NCBI GenBank assembly: GCA_963666215.2
Contig: CAXWPL010000005.1
Location: forward strand, 1,312,001-1,376,000
From: Acidobacteriota bacterium
Lineage (GTDB): Bacteria; Acidobacteriota; UBA890; WLXD01
Direction: 5' to 3'
DNA length: 64,000 nt
Under the pieces are notes generated by a model. The model saw nothing but the letters and a program-made list of their open reading frames with translations. It was not told the DNA's origin and searched no databases. Position numbers and translations under genes: made by a program. Of this stretch, positions 48,896-60,818 are shown piece by piece; positions within the stretch are counted from its first letter, which is position 1; each line of letters starts with the position of its first letter.

Positions 48896-49050
48896 TCAAG
48901 TATATACAACCCAATACTGTGCCGGTGAGAAGTGCAGGAAGAAGAGGTCCTTCGGAAGGGGACGAAGCGATGATCAAAGCCATAAGCCTGGTCGTGAGAA
49001 ACCTAGGAGTACTCCTCGAAGGAGAAACGACGCTATACGGGAGGAGAGAT

Positions 49051-49257
49051 ATGAAGGTGAAAACACGCACACCTCGCAGACGGTCGAAGGAAAGAGACCA
49101 CAAGGCCCCCCGCACAGCGGCAGACCGCGGATCGTCGGAGTTTTGTTCGCTCTGCTGCATTGTCTTTGGTAGCAACGAACCGAGGGTCCTTGTGGGAGAC
49201 AAAGCAGCTCACCCAAACTGTTACAGGCGGCTTCAAAGTCCAGAGGCGGTGGTTTGA
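49051..49257 (+). CDS. Small basic protein with CxxC...HxxC motif
   Basis: Strong SD ggaggag; CSLC...HPNC. Confidence 0.5.
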   Translation: MKVKTRTPRRRSKERDHKAPRTAADRGSSEFCSLCCIVFGSNEPRVLVGDKAAHPNCYRRLQSPEAVV

Positions 49258-49766
49258 CTACTCCGGGGTGGGTGCAAGATGCACTCGCCGCCGATCGCCA
49301 GCGACTCGGGAGCCAGGTCACGTCCTCCGAGCACCACCTTGTTCGATCACTGATGGTCGATGGTCTTCGTCAGCGGGACCGAGGGACGACGACGGAGTCG
49401 GAACTACACCACATGCTGTTGAAGTTCGAGAAGGCACACGCGATCCTAGAACGGCTCTCTGATCCGGAATTGGATCAGGACAGAGGCCGATGCCTTACGA
49501 ACATCGGGTTCTGTCTGATGAATATGGGCGTGTACGACGAGGCCATCGGCGTCTGTAGGAGGGCCCTCGACCTGCTCGCTGGTAGCGATGTCACTTTTGC
49601 TTGGGACCAGACCGATTGTCAGGAGACGATCTCGCAATGCTACGCCCAGCTTGGCCAGGGAGCTGAAGCCAAGAAATGGGAGAAGGGGGCGGTGCGATCA
49701 CGCAGAGAGGCGGTTGCTGAGCTCCTACCCTCACTCTACAAGACGAGACGGTCAAGGCCGTGGTAG
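49254..49766 (+). CDS. TPR-containing protein
   Basis: CLTNIGFCLMNMGVYDEAIGVCRRAL; overlaps upstream stop. Confidence 0.55.
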   Translation: MTTPGWVQDALAADRQRLGSQVTSSEHHLVRSLMVDGLRQRDRGTTTESELHHMLLKFEKAHAILERLSDPELDQDRGRCLTNIGFCLMNMGVYDEAIGVCRRALDLLAGSDVTFAWDQTDCQETISQCYAQLGQGAEAKKWEKGAVRSRREAVAELLPSLYKTRRSRPW

Positions 49767-50034
49767 GGCTTTCTCTTGGAGAATCGTGTCGGTGACAGCC
49801 GCCTCGTCAAGAATGTGGGTAGATGGGTTGATACGGAAGACGTACCGACCTCGCCCTGGGGCCTGTCCTCGACGAGCTGGCTGCCAGTAACTACAGGGTG
49901 GGACGGGTGGTGCAAAAAGCGCGCCCCGCAATCTCTACGGCTGGCCAGCCCTACGAGGACAGGCCCCAGGGCGATTTCAGAAGAGGGAAGAGGGCTGACA
50001 TCTCACTAGAGAAGGGCACAAGGGAGGAGAAGAA

Positions 50035-51606
50035 TTGAATCGGAGCCTATTGGGGAGGGGAATTCTCATCTTGGTGGTAGTTGTCGGCTTCGCATTTCTC
50101 GCGTATCCGCCGTCAGAGAAGATCAACCTGGGACTCGACCTTCGCGGCGGAATCCACCTCGTCCTCGAGGTGCAGACGGAGGACGCATTACGCGCCGAAA
50201 CCGAAAAGGATCTCGAGACCCTACTACGTCAGCTCGACGATAAAGGTACTGGAGGTGTGAGCGCTACGCGGGTCGACGAGAGCTCTTTCCGGGTACGGGG
50301 AATGGGACAAGATCGGAACGACAAGGTCCAAGAGGTTGTTGACGACTTCCTTCCCTTCTGGAGTTTTCGCCGTGACGGCGAGAGCCTGCTGTTTCATCGG
50401 CGACCCGAGGAAGAGTCGGACATCAAAGAACAGGCGGTACGACAAGCGCTCCAGACAATCCGGAATCGCATCGACGCCTTCGGTGTTGCGGAGCCGGTGA
50501 TTCAGCGCCAGGGGTTCGGCACCAACCGAATCGTGCTGCAGCTTCCAGGGGTTGACGATCCCGAGCGTGTCAAAGAGCTGATCAAGAACACAGCCTTCCT
50601 CGAGTTCCGATTCGTCGACTACCCGACGCAGGGTGCAGCGGCCTCAGAGGCCGAGATCTTGGCCCAATACGGGGGTTCGCTGCCGGAGGAGGTCGAGATT
50701 TTCCCGCAAGACCAGAAGGCAGAAGACGGTACCGTCATCGCGACCGGCTTCCTTGGATTAGAGCGTCGCCAGATTATTACCGGGCGCGATCTCAAGACCG
50801 CCCGCTCGAGTCTGGGTCAGTTCAATGAGCCTGTGGTGCGTTTCTTCTTGAGTCAGGAAGGGGGGCGGCTCTTCGGCGAGGCAACCGGCGCCAACATCGG
50901 CCGCCGGCTTGCCATCCTTCTCGACGGCAGGGTGCAGTCCGCTCCAGTGGTGCAGTCAAAAATCACAGACGAAGGAGTTATCGAGGGAGGGTTCAGTCAG
51001 ACGGAGGTCGAGGACTTGGTCACCGTGCTCCGTTCCGGCGCCCTCCCAGCCGGGATCGTCTATCTCGAAGAGAGGACGGTCGGACCGTCCTTGGGGCAGG
51101 ACTCGATCGACCAGGGCCTGCGGGCTTTTGGGGTCGGTGGCGCGTTGGTGGTTCTGACGATGCTTCTGGTGTATCGGCGAACCGGTGTCAATGCAGTGCT
51201 CGCCCTAGCCTTCAATGTGGTTATTCTCTTCGGCCTGCTCTCCTATTTCGGTGCCACACTGACCCTCCCCGGTATTGCGGGCATCATCCTGACCATCGGC
51301 ATGGCGGTTGATGCGAACGTGCTCATCTTCGAGCGCATCAAAGAAGAGTTGCGGGCGGGCAAGACTGTGAAATCGGCGGTCTCGGCTGGCTTCGCCAAGG
51401 CCTGGACGCCGATCCTCGACGCCAATATGACGACCCTCATCGCTGCTCTCTTTCTTTTTCAGTTCGGTACCGGGCCAATCCGGGGCTTTGCCGTGACTCT
51501 TTCCGTCGGCATCCTCGCCTCGGTGTTTACCGCCGTCTTCAACGGCCGCTGGATTTTCGATCTCATTCTCTCGCGCCGTGATCGCGTAGAGCGACTCTCC
51601 ATCTGA
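50035..51606 (+). CDS. secD: Protein translocase subunit SecD (no intact secF follows)
   Basis: LGLDLRGG, RIDAFGVAEP, TVGPSLG, GMAVDANVLIFERIKEE. Confidence 0.95.
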   Translation: MNRSLLGRGILILVVVVGFAFLAYPPSEKINLGLDLRGGIHLVLEVQTEDALRAETEKDLETLLRQLDDKGTGGVSATRVDESSFRVRGMGQDRNDKVQEVVDDFLPFWSFRRDGESLLFHRRPEEESDIKEQAVRQALQTIRNRIDAFGVAEPVIQRQGFGTNRIVLQLPGVDDPERVKELIKNTAFLEFRFVDYPTQGAAASEAEILAQYGGSLPEEVEIFPQDQKAEDGTVIATGFLGLERRQIITGRDLKTARSSLGQFNEPVVRFFLSQEGGRLFGEATGANIGRRLAILLDGRVQSAPVVQSKITDEGVIEGGFSQTEVEDLVTVLRSGALPAGIVYLEERTVGPSLGQDSIDQGLRAFGVGGALVVLTMLLVYRRTGVNAVLALAFNVVILFGLLSYFGATLTLPGIAGIILTIGMAVDANVLIFERIKEELRAGKTVKSAVSAGFAKAWTPILDANMTTLIAALFLFQFGTGPIRGFAVTLSVGILASVFTAVFNGRWIFDLILSRRDRVERLSI

Positions 51607-51681
51607 CGGGGAGCTGCGATGGATTTTCCTTCGCGACTCTGGGGTCGGCTGCATGAAGTATCGCCATCTCATGGTGTCGTG

Positions 51682-52309
51682 ATGGCCGACGTTCCACCCG
51701 CTGCCGAGGGAGAACAGGGCAGCGGTCGACCCGTCCTGCTGACGGCGGCCAGCGTGGTGATCGCGATTGCTGGACTTCGGGCCGCCTCAGGCCTCATCCT
51801 GCCACTGCTCTCGCACTTTTCCTGGCGATGGTCACCTTTCCACTGCTGAGCTGGCTTCAGCGCAGGAAGGTGCCGACTATGCTGGCTATCCTAGGCGTCG
51901 ACTTCGCGCTGCTATGTGGGGCGCTTGCCTTCATACTGAACTACATCCCCAACCTGGGCTCGATCGCTGTCGCCATCCCAGCGACGCTGATCGCGCTGGT
52001 GCAACTGGGGCCAGGATACCTGGTCGCCACGGTGATCACCTTTGTAGTCTTGAACGTTATGCTCGGGAACCTCGTCGAGCCTTGGTTGATGGGACGACGG
52101 TTCGGGCTGTCCGATGTTGGTGGTCTTCCTCTCGCTCATCTTCTGGGGCTGGGTCTGGGGTCCGATAGGGATGCTTTTGTCGGTACCCCTAACAATGAAT
52201 TGTCAAGATCTGGCTGGAGAACACCGAGGATCTGCGCTGGATCGCGACCCTGATGGGCGGCGAGGCGTCGGGGAGGCTTCCGACGGTCGGTCAACCCGGC
52301 GTGGCCTAA
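51682..52309 (+). pseudogene. AI-2E family transporter, deleted and frameshifted
   Basis: [42 protein letters not shown] in different frames. Confidence 0.8.
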
Positions 52310-52335
52310 CGTTCAGAGACGGGAACCAAGGTAAA

Positions 52336-55300
52336 ATGATGGCTACGAACAACGGTCCCGCCGGTCTCCCACCTGGCGCGTCCCTTCGAGCTCGCCGCAT
52401 CGCCCGCCAGTTCGTTGGGCCGGTTGGGAGATTTCTTCATGTGGAAGCGTCGAGCGGGATCATCTTGCTGATCACAGCGTTGGTCGCCCTTGTCTGGGCG
52501 AATTCTCCGTGGGCGTCCGCTTACGATCACCTCCTTCACACCTCAATTTCCCTGGGCTTCGGCGAGTATTCCTTTTCGCACACAGTCCACTTCTGGATCA
52601 ACGATATATTGATGGTCGTTTTCTTTTTTGTGGTCGGGCTCGAGGTCCGACGGGAGATTTTCGAGGGCGAACTCTCTGTGTTGATGGCTGCGAGAAAGCG
52701 CATCCCGTTGGCTGCGAGCGCAGTTTCCGGGATGGAGTGAGCTGAGGGCTTCGCGACCGCGGGAAAGCTAGGCCTTCTTCAGGAAGGGCGGCATCATCCC
52801 GCCGGAACGGCGGTCCGGGTGCGTGGTCCCGGCGGCGTGTTTGCGGTCGGAAGAGATGCGTGAGTCGGTGTAGGGCTTTGCAGTGCGGGCTCTGCTCTGA
52901 TAGAGCAGGCCGACCAGAGACGGCGAGAGCCCGGGAAAGCGAAGTAGAAAACGCCCCGGGCTCTGCCCCAAACCGCAGCATTAGCTGCGCTTGCAGTATG
53001 GCAGAGAGTCGGGGTCGTCGTCGAATGGGAGGCGACGATGCGACCGGACTACCGACTCTTCGACTGTGCTCGATGCCGTCGGCGTATCTCGCTGTGCTCG
53101 CACTGTGACCGTGGCCAGCGTTACTGCCGGGCTTGTGCTCTGGTGGCTCGTCGGGAATCGACTCGGGCGGCCGGCCATCGGTACCAGCGAAGCCTCCGAG
53201 GTCGGCATTGTCATGCCGCCCGTCAGGCCCGCTACCGTCGGCGCCAGCGCGAGCGGGCAGAGAAAGTGACGCATCAGGGTACCCCAGGCGGTACTTCGGG
53301 GAGGACACTGTGTCGGATCGAGACTCCGAGGCGCGAAGTGCGCTACGACCCGAGGAATCCGCGATGCATGCAGTGTGGAGAGGCCTGCCGAGAGTTTGTG
53401 CGAACGAGCTTTCGTCGTTGCCGACGGAGATAGGGGCGTGATCGACGCACAGCTGCGCGGGGAGATCCGTCGTCTGTTCCTGGTCGAGAAGTGGAAAGTC
53501 GGCACGATCGCTCGACAGCTACAGCTGCACCCCTCAACCGTGCGCCGGGCGCTGGAGAAGTCCGGCGTGCTACCCCAGCAGCGACGAGGGAGGATGATCG
53601 ATCCTTACCTGCCGTTCATCGAGCAGGTGCTCGGGACCTACCCACGACTGCCGGCGAGCCGTCTCTACACCATGGTGGTGGAGCGCGGCTATCCAGGAGG
53701 CCCGGATCAGTTTCGCCACCTGGTGGCCTCGATGCGACCGAAGCCCCAGCGCGAGGCGTTTCTCTCGCTGCGCATGCTGCCAGGAGAGCAGGCGCAGGTC
53801 GACTGGGGCCACTTCGGTCGGCTCCGCGTCGGCCGGGCACATCGTCGGCTCTATGCCTTCGTCTTCGTGCTGTCGTTCTCGCGCACGGTCTTCGTGCACT
53901 TCACCCTCGACACTCGTCTCGAAACCTTCTTGCACGCTCACCAGCTGGCCTTCCACTACGTCGACGGCGTCGTCAGGACCGTTCTGTACGACAACCTGCG
54001 AACCGCGGTGATCGAGCGGCAGGGAACCGCGGTGCGCTTCCATCCCGTGCTGCTCGATTTCGCCAGCCACTACGGCTTCCTTCCCACCGTCGCCGCGGTG
54101 GCTCGGGGAAATGAGAAAGGCCGCGTCGAGCGCGCAATCCGCTTCCTGCGAAGCTCGTTCTTCGGCGCCCGAACGGTGAGCGATTTGGATCGTCTGAATC
54201 GGCAGGTCCTGGAATGGTGCCAGAGGTCGCAGCGCAGACCCTGGCCGCAGGACCGACAGCGAACCGTGAAAAGCGCCCTGGCCCAGGAACGACCTCGACT
54301 GCTTGAGCTTCCCGGAGACGACTTCGAAACCGACCTGCGACTGGAGATCAAGGTCAGAAAGACGCCGATCGTGCGCTTCGACCTCAACGACTACTCGGTG
54401 CCGCACAGTCATGTGCAGAGGACCGTCACGCTCCTCGCCAGCGAGCATCGGGTGCGGATCCTCGATGGCCAGGAGCTCCTCGCCGAGCACCCTCGCTCGT
54501 ACTCCCGGGGCGAGCAGATCCTCGATCCTCAACACCTCGAGGAGCTCCTCGCTCACAAACGCAGGGCCCGACGACACCGGGGCTTCCATCGGCTGTTTTC
54601 CGCTGTGCCTCGATGCGAAGAGCTGATGCAGCAGCTCGCCGAGCGAGGCGAGAACCTCGGAACGCAGACCGCCGGCCTGCTCCGACTCCTGCGCCAGTAC
54701 GGCCCCCAGCGACTCGACAAAGCCGTGCGCGAAGCGCTCCTGAACCACGCACCGCGATTCCAGTCCGTCCGGCTCCTACTCGAACGGCACCAGCGCGGCC
54801 TCGGTCAGCCCCCGGCTTTACCGGTGCCGCTCAGCCAGGAGCTCCAACAGCGAGATCTCTCCGTGAGACCGCACAACCTCGAGGACTACGACCAACTTGG
54901 AGGCAACGACGATGGCCCGACCCAGGAAGAGTCCAACGATCCCTGACGAACCACTACGAGAGCTCGCCCGATCCCTCGGCTTCTACGCCCTCGTCGACGA
55001 CTGGGGCACCTACCGAGAACAGCCCTGGCTCGAACAGCTGCTGCGCAAAGAAGAGGCCGAGCGCAAACGGCGCAGCCTCGAACGGCGCATCCGCACCAGC
55101 CGCGTCGGGCTCTTCAAGAGCATCGCCGACTTCGACTTCTCCTGGCCCCAGCGCATCGACCGCGAGCAGATCCAGGATCTGCTCACCCTCCAATTCCTCG
55201 ACGACATCACCAACGTCATCCTCCTCGGACCCAACGGTGTCGGCAAGACCATGATTGCCAAGAACCTCCTCTACCAGGCGCTGCAACGAGGGGCCACCGC

Positions 55301-57140
55301 CAGCTTCGTCACCGCCTCCGACATGCTCAACGATCTCGCCGTCCAGGAAACCCCCTCGGCGCTCCAGAGAAGGCTCTCCAAATACACCCGACCCTCGCTT
55401 TTGGCAATCGATGAGCTCGGCTATCTCTCCTACGACCACCGCCACGCGGATCTCCTCTTCGAGGTCGTCTCCAGGAGATACGGCAACAAGCCCATTCTTC
55501 TCACCACCAACAAGCCCTTCGCCGAATGGGCCGAGGTCTTTCCCAACGCCTCCTGCGTCGTCACTCTCGTCGATCGACTCACCCACCACGCCGAGATCGT
55601 CAAGATCGAGGCTAACTCCTATCGCCGCAAGGAGGCCAAGGAGGCTGCTGAAAAAAAGGCCAAGGACCGCGCCAAAAGGCGGAGCGCAGCACGACGACGC
55701 TCATGACCCGAAGCCACTATCGGCGCCAGCTCCTCCGCCTCTATCGACTCCTTCCCGACACCCCGCACCGCTTCCACCACGGCGACCGCGTCATCGTCGA
55801 CCAGCTCTTCGACCAAGACCTGCCTCTCACCGTCCTCCAGGCCGCCCTCCTCCTCGGCTCCGCCCGACGCGCATGCCGAGATCCGCGCCTACCAAAGCTC
55901 CAGCCCATCCGATCCCTCGCCTACTTTCTCCCCATCCTCCGAGAACTCCCCACGACGCCACCCCCCGAGGGGTACCTCGACTATCTGCGCCACACCCTGA
56001 GTCACGCCTCGCGGGGACAAAAAACCGACTCGCAGCCAACTAAGTGCGCTTTCTCGTAGCCGGTAACACTCTGAGCCCCGTCGAGCTGCGCTCCCTGTGG
56101 CCGCGGCGCTCGGAGGGATGCTGGTGCCGGCAGCCATCTATCTCTCGCTCAATGTGGATTCGCCTGCTGCGAGCGGCTGGGGAGTCCCGATGGCCACCGA
56201 CATCGCTTTCGCGGTCGGAGTCCTCGCTTTGCTCGGCCGGCGAGTGCCAGCGGCAATGCGTGTGCTGCTCTTGGCCCTGGCAATCATTGACGATATTGGC
56301 GCGATCCTCGTCATCGCGTTGTTCTACTCCTCCGGAATTGAAGTGACCGGTTTCGCGATCGTCGGACTTGGACTCGGGGCAGTCTTTATTATGCAGCGGG
56401 TCGGGCTGCGCAACCCGTCTCCCTATGTTGCGGCAGGTGTCGCGATCTGGGGAGGGATGTTGCATGCGGGGATTCACCCGACCATCGCGGGCGTGATCCT
56501 CGGGCTTCTAACGCCGGTGCGATCGTGGTTCGGTCATGAAGGTTTCGCCGCAGAAACGCAGCTGGCGCTTGATCGAATGCGCGAAAAAGTCGCGTCGGAA
56601 AGGGATCCGCGTATGCTCCTTCCGGAGCTCGATCGAATCAATGTCGCACGCCGCGAAGCGATCCCGCCCGTCACCCGCATTGAAGCCGCACTTCACCCCT
56701 GGGTCGCCTTCGGGATCATGCCGCTCTTCGCCCTCGCGAACGCGGGCGTTGCTTTTGGCGGCCTCAGCGGTTGGGGGGCCGAGGCGACCGGCATCGCGCT
56801 CGGTGTTGGCCTGGGCTTGGTCGTCGGCAAACCGCTGGGAATCGTCGCCTTCTGTTGGCTGGCGGTTCGTCTCGGTCTCGCTTCGTTACCGCGAGGTGTG
56901 TCGTGGGCGGGCGTGCTCGTGGTTGGGTGCGTTGCAGGCATCGGCTTTACGATGGCGCTGTTCATCGGCGCGCTTGCTTTTTCAGACGCCTCAATGTTGG
57001 CTCCCGCGAAGCTCACGGTCTTGGCCGCCTCAGCGGTTTCTGGGGCGGTGGGATTGGTCATAGGCTACAGGTGTCTGCCTCGCGGTCAGCCGCTCGCTAG
57101 TGTCACGCCGGACGCCGCCGAGAAGTCCACCACCTACTGA
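52336..57140 (+). pseudogene. nhaA: Na+/H+ antiporter NhaA interrupted by IS21
   Basis: WINDILM...GLEVRRE...GELS | EPRRAALP...[23 protein letters not shown]; frame restored on removing IS plus TSD. Confidence 0.93.
52679..56068 (+). mobile_element. IS21 family element, copy 2 (Zn ORF 53038-53433, istA 53438-54946, istB 54912-55706, ORF4 55703-56059)
   Basis: Apparently identical to 9569-12958 (offset 43110); TSD ctctg 52674-52678 / 56069-56073. Confidence 0.95.
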
Positions 57141-57257
57141 TTCCGACCTCGGTCGGCGTGCGGAATACGCAGCTCAAGAAAGGCACCCACCTCGAAGTCC
57201 CGGGGGCGGTGTCGCCCTGCCGCTCTTCGGTCTTGTCCCCTCAAATCTCTCCTAGCT

Positions 57258-59425
57258 TTAGGCCCTGCCGAGGAACGGCCTGAGCCGTCCGGCGCGGTGC
57301 GGCTCCCGCAGTTTCTGCAGCGCCTTCGATTCGATCTGTCGGATGCGCTCGCGGGTTAGGTTGAAGGATCGGCCAACCTCCTCCAGGGTGCACTCCGAGC
57401 CTTCTCCCACCCCAAATCGCATCCGCAACACCAACTGCTCCCGCGACGACAGGGAGTTGAGCGCGTTAGCCATCCGATCCTGCAAGTTCGTAGAGATCAA
57501 GGCTTCGAAGGGGGACACCGCGTTACTGTCTGCGATGATGTCGTCCAGACGCGACTCCTTCGTCTGTCCGATGGGCGTCTCGAGTGAGATCGGTTCTTGC
57601 GTGATCTTCATTAACCCGCGTGCTTCCGAGACCGAGAGCTCCATGCGATCTGCGATCTCCTTCGCTGTTGGCTCGTGGCCGAGTTCCTGGACCAGTGAAT
57701 CCTTGGTGCGTTTCAGCTTGTTGATCCGCTCGCACATGTGGACCGGAAGGCGGATGGTACGAGCTTGTACGACGATGGCACGGGTGACGGCCTGCCGGAT
57801 CCACCACGTGGTGAGAGTGAGCACGATAATCGATGGCGGTCCGATCACGATAAGTGATGGTCGCGTAGCCTTTTGAAGGACTTAGCCGAAGCTGCGTTTC
57901 GCTGCCACTTGCCTCAGACGGTCTTGTTCACAGTATTTGATGGCGATTCGAGGAAACCCGATCACGTTGTCTGGTGGGAATGGGTGTTCCGTTCAAGGTA
58001 TCTGAGGGCGCAACCAGGGGCCCAAGCGCGATGGAAGCTCGGCGAACCGCCTCGATCGCCCATCAGATAGCGTGCCGTTCATCCCATCGCTGCGTGTCAG
58101 CCCTCGTTCAGCGTGATCAGCGAAAGAACAAGTATGGACTGCGCGTCAGGCCCCGACGGCCCGCCTTCGGCGGGGATGATGCCGACGGACCTAGTCTTGA
58201 GCACACTACTTGAGGGACCAAACACCCTTCCCTCACCTACCGTGCTCAGAATGGCCAACATTCCCATCGATTATCGTGCTCACTCTCACGTGGCGTAGGT
58301 GGAGAACTTGTACCCTCGACGGTACTCGAACTTCTCAACTGCCTTCATCAGACCGATGTTGCCCTCCTGGATCAGGTCGGGGAACAGGGCACGTCTTGTG
58401 TACTTTTTGGCGATCGCTACGACCAGGCGCAGGTTGGCCACGATCAGTTGCTTCCTGGCCTGCTCGCTCATCCACTCACCACGGTGGATCTTGGTGATCG
58501 TCGTTTCAAGCTGGGCCCGAGTCGTGCCGTACCGCTGCTCCAGCTCCCGCTGCTTTTTACAGTACTTCGAGATCCGTCGGCGGTGAAGAGTCTGTAACTC
58601 CCGGCTGGATTCCTGTTTGTGTGCTGCCTCGGTGCGTCGAATGGCGACAGCGATGCGAGAGAACTCGCGATCGATCTGCTTCAGCCAGTCGGTCAGGCGG
58701 TTGCGGTGCTCCTGGTCGACGTCGACCTTGCGGATCTCGGCGGCCATCCTTGCGGCGAGACGGTCCGTTTCCCGATCGACTTCAAGGACTACATCTTGTC
58801 TCGATGTCTTCCTACACCGTCGTCGCAGCTTCTCGATCTGAGTGCCGAGCCTGCGGATCTGCTCGAAGTGCTTCATCTTGTGATCGACCGTTGCCCTCAC
58901 GTCGTCCCGAGAATCGGCGACCCAGTCTGTCTCGTCGAAGCTGAGCGCCCTCTCCAGAGAAAGCTCCTGAAGTTCGAGGAGCCGCCGCAACATCACCGAG
59001 TTCTGGCCTAGTGCCTCGAAGATGAGCCGCTCCCCCTCTTCGAGGCGGCGAGCGATCTCCACCTCGCCATCGCGATCGAGAAGCGACACTGCGCCCATCT
59101 CTCGTAGGTACATGAGGATCGGATCACCGGTTTTCTCATCAGCGCGAAACTGAAAGTCGGCTTGGACGCCATCCTCTGTCTCAAGCTCGCGAGAAGAGTC
59201 GGCCGCTTGATTGAGATAATGTTCCGGCCTTTCGATGATTGGAAGGCCGGCGTCGGACAGGGCTATGTGAATCTCGTCCCTCTTTGCAGCAGCGGCTGCC
59301 ACTTCGTCCGGAAGGAGTTCGAGGATCTCGTCGAAAAGGACATACGCCTTGTCCTTGCCGATCTCGAGGAGCCGTTTGACTGACTTGTCACGGCTTTCGA
59401 TGTTTGCAATTTCTCCAATAGCCAA
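57258..59425 (-). pseudogene. rpoD: RpoD-like sigma70 factor interrupted by MITE
   Basis: Regions 1.1/1.2 ([11 protein letters not shown]), [22 protein letters not shown] | WWIRQA, TLEEVG...RERIRQIE. Confidence 0.9.
57812..58288 (-). mobile_element. 477-bp non-autonomous IS21-like element (MITE)
   Basis: Perfect 25-bp IR tgagagtgagcacgataatcgatgg; TSD cgtgg 57807-57811 / 58289-58293; inner repeats cacgataagtgatgg. Confidence 0.9.
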
Positions 59426-59545
59426 GTCATGTCTCCCGGCTCATGGGTCTGTTCCGCGTGCGCCATCAACTCGTGAGTCGGAGTTCACGCCGAACCAGGA
59501 CTGGTACAAAGGAAAGGAACCTACGTAGGACTAGGTGGACAGAAC

Positions 59546-60518
59546 TCAAAGGTGATGTGCTTCTAGAGACGGCGGCTCGCTCTCCTCGAGCCGAACAGGG
59601 GTCACGAATCCATCCGGCTTGAGGGTGAGAACGGAGCTGGTGACGCGCCGCAGAACTCTCTCGGCCGTGTTTCCAATGAATACCCCTGCGGACCCCGTAT
59701 GGCACAGTGTGCCCATAACAGTGAGGTCCACACATTCAGCCGCGCGTGTCAGGATTTCAGCGGGATGGCCATGCTCGATCCAGAGCTCGGGTTCGACGGC
59801 CAAGGCGCCGCTCCTAGTGATCAGTTCTCTGATCAGCGCGCTCACCGCACGATGGACCCCTTCGCGGGGGTCCTCTAGTGCACCTCCGCGAGCGCTTGAG
59901 AGGTGAGTATTCAACGTCGACTGGTGAGGAACCCATAGGGCATGGAGCACCACCAGAGAACTTTCGGAACGCTTGGCGAGAGCGGAGGCCAGCTGAAGAA
60001 TCTTCACGTTGAGGCCATAGTTACCTGCGCCCCGAGGGTCAGGATCTACAGCTGCCAGTATCTTGCCACGCTTGCGGAAATCGCCAGGCTTGATGACCCA
60101 GACGGGGCATGGGCACTTCCTCATGAGATTGAGCGCAGTATTCCCGAAGAGCCCTCCGAGCCCTCCAAGAGCCCCCTCTCCGGTCTTGACCACCATGTCG
60201 TAGCTGCCGCGAAGCACCTCCTGAATCAACTCGACGAACGGTTCTCCTCTCCGCAAGAGTGTATTGACGGAGACACCAGGAAGTGTGATGTCAGCCAGGG
60301 TCTCGAGCTCATGCTGCGCCTGGACGAGGGTGATGAGTTGGTCAGGGCGCGCCTGCCCCGGAACGATCAACCAAGACCCTTCCTCATTCTCAGGAAGAAC
60401 GTCGATGAGCGTGAGAGTCGCTTTGTTCGCCAAGGCCAGATCGCCGGCGCGCTCTAGCGCGGGCCGTGGATCAACGGCGCCACCCACGTAGCAGAGGGAC
60501 CTTTTTGAGACAGTTCAT
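59546..60518 (-). CDS. Tandem-domain universal stress protein (1-nt frameshift near 60496)
   Basis: Paralogue of 46793-47761; ATG at 60518 (MNCLKK). Confidence 0.85.
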
Positions 60519-60627
60519 CGTCACTCTTGGTCTTCTAGATGTGGAGGGCTGAATGTACGGCCCAGGGCGTTGCCCGAGAGGAAGTCCCGACGGCTGTCAC
60601 GGACAGTACGCAAAAGCTCTGCATGTG

Positions 60628-60669
60628 ATCAAGAAAGAACGAACCAAAGGTTCGTTCGCTTCAACCGAA
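60628..60669 (-). promoter_or_regulatory. Operator-promoter motif, copy 4 (upstream of USP2)
   Basis: atcaagaaagaacgaaccaaaggttcgttcgcttcaaccgaa. Confidence 0.6.
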
Positions 60670-60742
60670 AGGGGTGCCAAGCCTTCGAGAGAGGAGTAGT
60701 CTGCCGCTTCTATGTTTCAACCCTAGGGGGGCGGCATCGCAC

Positions 60743-60818
60743 CAGCGACGCTGATCGCGCTGGTGCAACTGGGGCCAGGATACGCAGTCGCCACGGTGAT
60801 CACCTTTGTAGTCTTGAA
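60743..60818 (+). repeat. Duplicate fragment of the AI-2E gene
   Basis: Near-identical to 51979-52054. Confidence 0.8.

Noticed and set aside
9569-56068. Composite transposon bounded by the two IS21 copies
   Set aside because: Each copy has its own matching TSD (ccccg; ctctg), so they are independent insertions
57812-58288. Self-splicing intron or intein in rpoD
   Set aside because: Terminal IRs and TSD indicate a transposable element; it is out of frame and lacks intron hallmarks
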